Shown: positions 1 to 9,400 of the stretch, piece after piece
Layout: each line of letters opens with the position of its first letter
How positions within the stretch are numbered: the stretch's first letter is position 1
Sequence record: SRR20825006_1652
Reading direction: 5' to 3' (one strand)
Length of the DNA: 34,942 nt
Made by a program: the position numbers and the translations under genes
The notes under the pieces: generated by a model
What the model was told of the DNA's origin: nothing
Database searches by the model: none
Seen by the model: only the letters and a program-made list of their open reading frames with translations

Positions 1-71
1 ATCAAAATCTTTCCGCGGCTCTTCTTTTGCTTCGCCAGGGTGTTCGCTTCGAGCACCCCGAGCTTCAAACC

Positions 72-1208
72 TCAGATCGTGGCCGGAGGCTTGCCATCAG
101 CCTCGCCATCGGGCTGAGCTGGTTGCTCGCTCGGTTGGTCAGGCGACTCCACCGAGGTATCAGGAGCTGGATCTGTGGAGGGCTCGCTCACGTTCGGCAC
201 GTAGTTGTCCGGGAGGATCGGCGTGAAGCGCCAGATGCGCTTCTCGCCATCGCGCCAGGAGGTGAAGTAGATGTAGTTCTCGGATGACCAGTGCGGCTCG
301 ATGTCATCCTTGGGGTGCGTCGTGAGCTGGGTCATGCTGCTGCCATCGGAGTTGATGACCCAGAGGTTGTTGCCCGCGGTGGTAGGCGCGCGCTGCGAGC
401 CGACCTCGGAGACAAAGCGACCCGAGGCGCCCTTACTCGAGACGAACACGATCTTCTTGCCATCAGGCGACCAGTTCGCGTCGATGGCGCCCCATTCATC
501 CGAGGCGACGAGCTGCGTGCGGCTCCCGCCGTTGAGATCCATGGTCCAGAGGCTAAACCACTTCTCCCCCTGCTGGCTCGCGCGCTGGAAGAGGACCTTG
601 TTGCCATCTGGCGAGAACTTGGGGCGAATGCCCGGTCCCACCTGGATGTTGGCGTTGGTCTCGAGGTTCTTGAACCAGATAAACGGCTCGTCATCGATCT
701 CGGACTTTCGCGTGTAGGCGATGAGCTTGCCATCCGGTGACCAGTGCGGCGCGTAGTCGACCGCCGACGTGTCGGTGACCTGCTGCTTTGCCGTGCCGCC
801 AGCCAGGCTCATGATGAAGATGTCGTAGTTGCCGCTGCGGTTCGAGGTGAACGCGATCTTACTCCCATCGGGAGAAATCGCGGGGTTGATATCCATCGCG
901 CCGTGCGTGGTCAACTTCTGGACCGCGGTCGAGGTCGGCGATGACTTCAGGTACAGATCCCAGTGATTCTCGCGGAAGCACTGGAAGACCACCTCGCCTT
1001 TCGCGTTCGTGTCCGCCTCATCACAGGCGCCGAGGTTCTCCGTGATCGCGGTCAGGTTCGAGAAGCTCTCTCCCTGCGCGACGAGGCCAACCTTGGGCTT
1101 TGTCTCCGTGGGGGGAGGTCCGTTGTTATTGGAGCAAGCGAGGATCGATGCGCCGAGTAAGATAAGCATCCCGGTCGGGAGCCAGAGCGAGTGTTTTCTT
1201 TTATCCAT
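72..1208 (-). CDS. TolB-like beta-propeller (PD40-repeat) lipoprotein
   Basis: Repeated PxxSPDG(S/K/N)K/LxxF motifs (PAISPDGSKIAFTSNRSGNYDIF, PHWSPDGKLIAY, PKFSPDGNKVLF, ANWSPDGKKIVF). Hydrophobic leader ends in the lipobox ILAC; Pro/acidic C-tail. Start is uncertain (1208 or 1220). Confidence 0.85.
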   Translation of the reverse strand: MDKRKHSLWLPTGMLILLGASILACSNNNGPPPTETKPKVGLVAQGESFSNLTAITENLGACDEADTNAKGEVVFQCFRENHWDLYLKSSPTSTAVQKLTTHGAMDINPAISPDGSKIAFTSNRSGNYDIFIMSLAGGTAKQQVTDTSAVDYAPHWSPDGKLIAYTRKSEIDDEPFIWFKNLETNANIQVGPGIRPKFSPDGNKVLFQRASQQGEKWFSLWTMDLNGGSRTQLVASDEWGAIDANWSPDGKKIVFVSSKGASGRFVSEVGSQRAPTTAGNNLWVINSDGSSMTQLTTHPKDDIEPHWSSENYIYFTSWRDGEKRIWRFTPILPDNYVPNVSEPSTDPAPDTSVESPDQPSEQPAQPDGEADGKPPATI

Positions 1209-1338
1209 ATGTATTCTCATTTCTCCAAGAGGGTCGAGGTGCGCAAACACCCCCTCGGGATTCGATATTTCAAAAGACGGCGCACCCTATCATCGAAGCG
1301 AGCGCGCTTCCAATCCAGACCTTCGAGTTCTTTTGCTG

Positions 1339-1983
1339 TCAGCCGCGGGAGCCGGTCATCAGCGACCACTCCCACGAGTATTTGAAGAGGTAGGCGAGCG
1401 TCTCGACGTTGCGCTTGGCCTCGAACGGGGTCTTGCCCCAGGTGTAGAAGCCGTGGCGCAGGATGTTGACGCATGGCACAGGCCAGCGACCGCGATCCCC
1501 GTCGAGCCACTCCTTGACCGCCGTCGCCAGCGTGGGGATGTGCGCGTGATTCGGGAGGATGGGGACGTTGATGATCGCGGCAGGGTCCCAGATGTCGAGC
1601 CCCTTGATCATCTCGATGCCGCTGAACGCGGTGTGCTCCTCGTCCTTGTCCCGCGCGCTGCAGAGCGCGGCGTAGGGCTCGTGGACGTGATACACCGCGC
1701 CGACGTGCTCGAAGCGCCTGTAAATCACGCAGTGAATCAGCGTCTCGGCGCTCGGCTTGTTCCTCGACTCGGCGTCGATCGCCTTGCCATCGAGCCCGCA
1801 CGCCAGGAAGTCCTGCTGCGTGAGCCTGCCCTTATCCTTCCCGCTCGCGGTGATGATAAAGGTCTCGGCGTCCACACGCGTCGAGAGGTTGCCGCTCGTT
1901 CCGAGCAACCACCCATGGTCATAGAATGCCTTGGCATCCAGGATCGTCGTCTGCACGTTTCGTGCGATCACTTCCTTGTTCAT
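1339..1983 (-). CDS. mtnB: Methylthioribulose-1-phosphate dehydratase (class II aldolase family)
   Basis: Motifs GWLLGTSGNLS, ITASGKDKG, KPSAETLIHCVIY, YHVH and LRHGFYTWG are typical of MtnB. SD GAGG lies upstream of the ATG. Confidence 0.88.
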   Translation of the reverse strand: MNKEVIARNVQTTILDAKAFYDHGWLLGTSGNLSTRVDAETFIITASGKDKGRLTQQDFLACGLDGKAIDAESRNKPSAETLIHCVIYRRFEHVGAVYHVHEPYAALCSARDKDEEHTAFSGIEMIKGLDIWDPAAIINVPILPNHAHIPTLATAVKEWLDGDRGRWPVPCVNILRHGFYTWGKTPFEAKRNVETLAYLFKYSWEWSLMTGSRG

Positions 1984-2036
1984 CTCGAACCTCGCTTCAC
2001 GTCATCTTCGCCACAGTTCCAGAGGATCACTGCCGA

Positions 2037-3422
2037 CTACTCCTTGCACGCCGCCTCGCCATCGATCAAGGCGCGCGTTCCGAGCGCGACCCCTTCAGAC
2101 GGCGTGAACTCCGCCTTCTTGGCCAGCGTCACGTTCCCCTTCTTGTCGAAGGTTGCCTCGAGGCCGGACTTGCTGTTGATCGGGAGCTTGTCGTTGACGA
2201 GATCCTTGGGCAACTCGTCATCAGGTATCGCGCCGATGCGGCCGCGGTAGTACGTATAGGACTCGATCATGTCGAGCATCAACATCGGCTTGCCACCCTG
2301 GATACCGAACACGGTCAACTCCTTGGTGGTGGAGTCCTCCTCCTCGTCGAGCCCCATGTCGGTGTCGCGGCGCGCGTGCTCGGTGCGCACGATAATCTCT
2401 GGCTCGCCGCCAGGAACCAGCTGCTCGAAGCTGACCTCGAGCTCGTCGAGATCCTCGAAGATGCCGAACGCCCCGGGGTTGTAGACCCAGACGAGCGGCG
2501 TGGCATACCAGGTGTTGTCATACTTGATCGCGAGCATGTGATAGTCGGTCATGTCATCATCGAGGCTCATCACGAAGGTCGCGACCTCGGTGAGCTTGGT
2601 GCCGCCGGGGACCTTCTTGATCTCTGGCGCGGTCTCCTCGCTGCCATACATCACCGAGAAGCACTTTGGCTCGGGATCGAGGCCCTTCGCCATTTTACGA
2701 CATCCCGCGTCGAGGTCGGCGCCGAGCGGCGCCATCGTGCAGCGGCCAAAGAAACTATAGAGGTCCTTCTTCTCGGGCTCGCTGTCGCCTCCCTGCGTTT
2801 TCACCTTCGCCAGGCGCTCGCGCACGGTCTTGTTCTCGCGGAACGTCAGCGAGCGCTCGTAGTAATCGGCCGCCTTGCTCATATCCTTTTGCGCTTCCGC
2901 GACGCGGCCCAGGTTGTAGAGGCTCGCCCCCTTGAGCTTGTCCTCCTTGGCAAAGCGCACCGAGTCGTTGTTGGCCTGGATAGAGCGCTCGTAATCGCCC
3001 GCCAGGTACGCCGCCCAACCGATCTCGGAGAGGATGCGCGCGTTGTTCGGATCGATGGCGCGCGCCTTCTCGAAGACCTCGAGACCTTCCTTGTACTTCT
3101 TGCCCTGGACGAGCTTTCGTCCCTCGCGCAGATGCTCGCGGTATTGCTTGTTCAGATCGCGCGAGCGCCCCACGTTCTTGCTCGCGACCTCGCGGTTGGG
3201 CGCCTTCGCGGCGGGAGTTTTCTCGGCCTTCGGTGAGGTCTCGGCGCCATCCCCCTCGCTCGATGCGGAGGTCTCCGAGGTCTCTCCCTTTGGCGCCTCG
3301 GCGGTCGTCGAGTTCGAAGTGTCGCTCGAGGCTTCCTTCTCGCTCTTCTTCGAATCACAACCCGATGACAGGGCAAACAAAACACAAAGACCTATGGCGG
3401 TCACACAGCACGGACGTGTCAC
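2037..3422 (-). CDS. TPR-repeat lipoprotein
   Basis: GTG at 3422 is preceded by AAGGAG. Lipobox LSSGC, a low-complexity linker, then about 3 TPR units (FEKARAIDPNNARILSEIGWAAYLAGDYERS; SLYNLGRVAEAQKDMSKAADYYERSL). The C-terminal beta domain is unassigned. Confidence 0.8.
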   Translation of the reverse strand: MTRPCCVTAIGLCVLFALSSGCDSKKSEKEASSDTSNSTTAEAPKGETSETSASSEGDGAETSPKAEKTPAAKAPNREVASKNVGRSRDLNKQYREHLREGRKLVQGKKYKEGLEVFEKARAIDPNNARILSEIGWAAYLAGDYERSIQANNDSVRFAKEDKLKGASLYNLGRVAEAQKDMSKAADYYERSLTFRENKTVRERLAKVKTQGGDSEPEKKDLYSFFGRCTMAPLGADLDAGCRKMAKGLDPEPKCFSVMYGSEETAPEIKKVPGGTKLTEVATFVMSLDDDMTDYHMLAIKYDNTWYATPLVWVYNPGAFGIFEDLDELEVSFEQLVPGGEPEIIVRTEHARRDTDMGLDEEEDSTTKELTVFGIQGGKPMLMLDMIESYTYYRGRIGAIPDDELPKDLVNDKLPINSKSGLEATFDKKGNVTLAKKAEFTPSEGVALGTRALIDGEAACKE

Positions 3423-3494
3423 TCCCAGCTCCTTTCTGGTGAAGTTATCGGTACGCGCGCGAGGATACTCCAGCATCGCCTCGAGCAAAAGGCT

Positions 3495-6400
3495 TCACTC
3501 GATCGATACATGATAGCGCGAGCGAGACTCGACGCGCACCAGGTCGCGCTTGACCAGCTCACGCACCGCTGGTGGCAGCACCGTCACCTCGGCGTAGTCC
3601 CCGCGTATCACCGCGACCAGGGCGGCGAAGATCTTTGGCGAGCCTCCGAGTTGCCGCGCTCCCTCGGCGTGCAACCTCGCGAGCGCGTCGGCGCTCGCGC
3701 TCGCGTGCTCGTCGAGCAGCCCCGCGAGCGCATCCGGGATCGCCTCGCCAGTCACCGCGAGCAAGTGCACGAGCGCGCGCCGCGTGTGCGCGAACTGCGT
3801 GGCGAGCGCGCTCGTTTCGTGCTGCCGCAACGTCGCGAGCTCTCGCTCGACCTGCGCCTGCGTCGGCATGTTCATCAATGTCTCGGTGTTCCATGGCCCC
3901 GACGAAGGCGCGATGGGAGGCAGCGCGCTCTTGACGTCCGCGCTGCTCGCGGCCGAGGAGGGCGCCATCGGTCGAATCGGCCCCTGCGCGCCAACCGCCG
4001 CATCGAGCGGCATCAGGGCAGGACCCGTCGCGCTCGGCAACACCACGAGCGAGACGAGGTGATCCGGGTTCGCCACGACACCCTCGTCGAGCACCCAACA
4101 CGAGGACACCATCGCCGGTAACCCCAGGTGCCTCAGGATCTCGGTCAACACCGTGTTCAGCTCGTAACAGATCCCTCGCCCCTGCGTCTCATCATCCCTC
4201 GATGCGTGCAAAATCTCGAGGTGGTGGTTTCCTTCGCCAGCCCGCAACCTCGCCTTGGCCTTGGCGACCTCCGGGATCTCCATAAACCCATCGTCATAGA
4301 TGTAATTGGTCTGCACGAACGCCTGCGCCGAGAGCGCCAACTCCCAGGATGACATCGCGCTGTTTCGCTTGGATTCGATGAACCTTCGCGTCGTCGGCGG
4401 CAACTCTCGAAGCTCCAGGGTTGGCTGCAAGAGCGCATCGGGCGGGTCCAGATGTCCCACGTCGCTCGTCAGAATGGGAGGCTCCAGAAGATCGATCGTG
4501 TAGCTGATCTTGACCGGTTTATCCGCCTCGAGGTGCAGCCAGAGCGACCCGTCTTGCCGCTGCTGCGCGCGCATCGAACCTTCTCCCTCGATGATCCTCG
4601 GCGCGCCCGATGGCCTTGCGTATAGCGGCAGCGGGAGCTGGCTGATTCCCGGCGCGATTGTCCCGTGGAAGAGCACCTCTCGCCCGAGAGGTCTCGACTT
4701 CCCGTACCAATCGACAGGCGGTGAGCCTGCCGGCAACCAGTGCTGTGACGCCTCGTCGAAGGTCGCGCCCATCACCTGCGGCGCATAAAGGTGTGGTTTG
4801 GGCAACACCCTCGGCTCGAACCGCAGCGCGATCTCGAGCGGCTTCTTCGAGATGTTTCGGATGCTCTCCTGATTGACCCAGAGCTGAGGTTGGATCGTCG
4901 TCTCGGGCCTCAGCGGGTTCGTCCCTTGCTTTGTCCAACTCGGCGCGTCGACCTCTGGCGCGGTCCCTGCGTTAAAGCCCAACCAACGCTTGAACCTCCC
5001 CCAGGTCGAGTGATCCTCGGGCCGGAGTTGAGGCTCGGGCGCGCTCCGCACCGCTGGGAGCGTCTCCTCGATCACGCGCTCGAAATCAGCGGCTGCTTCC
5101 GGGTTCCTGGACTCGTCCACATACGTCGCGACCCTGGATTGTGGCGCGTCGAAATCACTCGAGTCATTCGACGCGGGCGCTCCCATATCACCGAGCAATT
5201 CTTCGATGAGCTGCGCCGAGGACTCCGAGGACATGATCCCTTCTGCCCAGGATCGATCTCCAGAGGGCGCGAGGACCTGCCCTGGATCGGGCGCCGACGT
5301 TGGCGTCAGCCCGCGATCTTCTGGTCTTGGCGGATGCTCGAGCTGCTCCTGTTCTGTCATCTCGGACGCTGGCGCTTGCTTGACGCTCTCTTCCAGCCAG
5401 TCTGTATCGCTGGTGCTCGCGCGATCGTCAGGATCTTCGAACAGATCGGTAGGGATATCATCGAGGCGCTTCGCCGCCAGGATCGTGGTGAGCGCGTCGA
5501 GCAGTGACTCGCCAGGTTCCTCCACACCCAACATCGCGAGCAAACCGGGCGACACCTTTGCCGACCACGCACCGCGCCCGTTCTCATCCGTTGGAAGCAG
5601 CGCCGCAGTTGCCTCGCGATCTCGCCAGCGCTCGAAGTCCTTGCCCTTGAGCACCGGGAAGCGCTTCACGAGCCGACGATCGAGGTTGTAGTCGAGCACT
5701 TGCCCGAGCCGCTCGGCGAGCTCGTCTGAGGGTTTGCGCGCGGCCGCGACGGCGGGGTAGTGGCGCCTGTCGAGGTGCATCTCCATCTTCTCGAAGTCGC
5801 CGAGCGTCAGGAGCAAGGTCACGACCTCGATCACAGCGTCTTGCTCTGGCCCCTCGTAGATCGCTGGCATCAACCCGAGCGCGAGCCCGGTGGCGCGATC
5901 TCTCGGCGCCACGAGCGCCTCGATATCGACGAGCAGCGCCTTGTTCGCGGCATCCCAGACCGCATCACTGTCCGCGCTGGCGCGCCCGATCCCATCGAGC
6001 ACGTAGGTCACCTCCAGCGAGGCGATCGCGCGGATGGGAGAGGTCGTCGCCAACCCCGCCAGCCGATCCTCGATCCTCCATCTGCCGCGCGTGCTCCCGA
6101 GCTTGAGCTGGATGCGCGGCGCCACCTCACTCAACGCGCGCAACAGCCCGCGCAGAGGTCTGATTCTTGGCAGGAACTCTTCTGTGCGATCCTCTCCAGC
6201 GTTGGCGTTGGTCTCGACGCGGTGCGCCTCGCGCAGCAACCTCAACCCCACGCGTTGATAATAGCGATCGACATCCTCTTGCTGGCCTCTCGCGCCAGAG
6301 CGCGCGACATAGAACGTGGACGTGCTCGCGAAGAGATCCTCCAGGTCCGGCGTGTCACTGCGCAGCAAGAGCTTGTGGTCAGGTGGGAGCAGCCGCCAGC

Positions 6401-9400
6401 TCGCCGCTTTATCTTCTGTGTTCGGTCCCTTCCTCGCGCATAGAATCAATGTCTCGTGTGGGCGATGAAGCGTGCTTGTCTTACCGAGGTAGGCGTAGTT
6501 CGCGAGCAGCATCGCCGGGATCGCGCCATCCGAGAGCACCTCTTTATCCCCCGAGTTCGCCACCTGCGCGCTGATCTGTGCCAGAAAACGATGCACGAAA
6601 GCAGGGCTCGGCTCGCGCTCGATGCCAAACGCGCGGCACAACGTCGGGTAGTTCGATAACCCCTGGCTCCAGTAGCCTCGCCGCGCGCCGAACATCTCCA
6701 TATGTCGACCGCCCAGCACGTCCAGGTGATGAAAGTGCTGGCCGTCATCGGTGTAGACCCAGGCGAGTTCAGCGAGCGTCTGAGTGAGGTGCTCGCTGGT
6801 GAGCTTGTTCTCTTTCAGGCAGAGCTCGAGCCATTGATACACGGGAGGAGGCACCGCGGCGCTCCGCGTCTCGCGATCGGCCAGGTGTCGCCTGACCTGC
6901 TCGAGCGTGACATCGCGCGTCGTCTTGAACCCGATCCTCCTCGCTAGATCCTCGCCCAGGCGCTCGGTGATGTCGGTGTGGGCGTACTCCTCCTTGAAGT
7001 CTCCGATGAGCGAGCGGGCGTTGAGCGAGTCGATAAACACCTCGCCAGGGCGCCTCAAACAGCGCGTTCCATCGAGCACCCACGGGGTTTGATGGAGCGC
7101 CTGTAGCGTCGTGATTCCCTCGACGCCGCGGTCGTTTAGCCTCGCCAGTAAGGTCGAAAGCCCCAGCGCGGTCTGTTCGCTGATATCGCTCGTCGCGAGC
7201 ACGTGCTCGATGTCTGCCAGCGCAGGCATCTCGCGCACACCGAGCACGGATAACAACCCGAAGTCATCCTGGTTGTATCGCTTCGGGTTGGGGACGGGTT
7301 GCCTGGCGCCCCAGATTTGATGCGTGGCCTCCTGCATCGCGCGGGGCACCGCGAATAGCGCATTCGCGCGCACGAAGTCCCCCGTCATGCTCTCGACCTC
7401 CAAGCCATGCCTGGAGAGGATGCGATACATCTCCTTCTTCCCGACGCGCTCGATGCGACCGGCGAGGTAAGAGAAGATCTTGTAGGCGGCCTCGTGGTCC
7501 TTGTCTTGGGTCGCCTCCTTGTAGGTGGGGACCAGGTGCTCGTCACACAACTCTTCGAGCCCCACGGCATCATCCAAACCGAGGTGTCGCGACAGCATGT
7601 GCACGATCTCGGCGGGGATCTCGCCAGAGGGTCGCCAGTCCACGCCGAGGTCCGGCAAGTTCGGGTCGAGGACGAGGTTGCGCGTTGGAAGCAAGCTCCC
7701 ACGTTCAGTGGGGAAGAGCTTGCCTTGCTCGAGCATCTGGCGACAGTCAGGATCCGAGAAGATCTCGCGTTCGTGGTGCTCAAGCCATGCATACAGATTC
7801 TCACGGCGCGTCTTGTCACCGAGCACGGGGTGTTGATCGACGCGCTCCGCGCTCTCTTCTCCCTGACGCAGCGCGGCGATGACCGACTTCATCTCGAGCG
7901 GCTTCCCGATCTTCTGTGCCAGCTCATCCCCGAGCGCCTGCGCGAACTCGGGCGCCATGAGCGTTTCACTCGCGGGGAGCTTCTCGAGGAGTTTGCTCGT
8001 CGCTTCGCTCGCGATGGATAGGCGTTGCTTGACCAGCCTCCCGCGCACGTTGATTTGCGGGAGTGTGGTCTTTTGAGTGATGGCGTCGCGAGCCATCGCG
8101 ATGGCTTTCGCCAGTGAAGAGGCGTTCGAGAGCAACCCTCGCTGCTGCCTGAGTGGTTTTCCAGGCTGTGCGTTGTTCTCGAGCAATTCTAGCAAGAATT
8201 CGGACGCGGACCTCGTCTCGAAGAGTTGGGATAGCGAGAGCAGCGTCTCCGGGGTCTTCGCGCTGACGCTGTCCACCAACGGACGCTCCAGGGCATCCTC
8301 GGGGATCAACTCATCGAGCACGCCTGGTGTGATAAGTTGCGAGGAGCATGTCACACCACCTGCGCGCGTCTCCCAGATCATCAGGTTGGAGAGGGGAGCG
8401 CCTCTGAGCCCGGCGAGTTTCCTGGCGTGTTGTGTAAGCCATGGGAGGATCGCGTCGAGCGCTTCCGGTCGCTGGAGAGGATTCGCGCGCTCTTCTTTCG
8501 GCGCGATTCGGGGGAGCGTGGCGAGGTTTTGGAGCAATCCTTCGAGCCCCATGACCTTTTGCCTGGCGCTGGCGAGCAACCCCTCGATCTTGGAGCGGGT
8601 CGTCGCAGAGAGGCGCCTGTAACCCGCCGCAGCCATGACAGGTGCAGCGTGCGAGTTGAACTGATAGAGCCTGTCCAGCTCCAGCGGTTGCTCCGAGCTC
8701 CAGTCACCGAGCGCTCCGAGCTTTCCGTCATCCCCGACATAGAGCGGCGTGTCGAACAAACGCGTCAGATCCTCGCTCCCGAGCTGGGCGCGGTTGGCCT
8801 CGAGGTAATCCAGGGCATCGCCGCGCTTCGGGCCGAGCAGTGGCAGGTCATCTGGAGATGTCGCCGCGAGGATGGCCTCTCTCTCTGCCCAGAGATCATG
8901 CGCCAGTGATTTCGCGTTCGCCTCCTGGAGAAAGAGGTCGAGCCCGAACGCTGCGACGACGCGCCTGCTGGTGCTCTCTCGCTCGATGAAGTGCCTCGGC
9001 GCTCCGGTTGTCGGGGGCTTGTGATAGAGCGCGCGAAGCTCTGTCGGGGCGTCATGCAGCTCGAGGAGCCGCTTGATACGTCCGCGATCATCGAGAAAGA
9101 GCGGGAGCGTCTCGAGCAGGGCGCGAGATCTGGTCCCGAGCTTGACGTCATCTCCCAGCAGGAGCGCGTGGAGCGCGTCGATGAGCTCGGGGGATGATGA
9201 GACGCGCAGCGGCGCGCTGGCGTCAGGCGCAAAGCCTGACAGCACCGCCGCCGGTCCGAGCACCTCTGCGCCCATCTCGCGCACGTGCGCCATGGCGCAC
9301 ACTTGCTCGTCGAGGAAGTTCGCGTCCGGGAAGAACGCCTTGACCTCGAGCGGGGAGGGGAGGAAGGCGCGCTCTTCTGCGGGCACTCCCTTGAGCTTCC

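Noticed and set aside
1-68. Possible start of a downstream minus-strand gene (LKLGVLEANTLAKQKKSRGKIL...)
   Set aside because: Only about 22 codons are visible, with no well-spaced SD and no recognisable motif.
1009-3236. Long plus-strand ORFs (413 aa and 436 aa)
   Set aside because: They are antisense shadows of mtnB and the TPR gene, as expected in high-GC DNA, and have no motifs.
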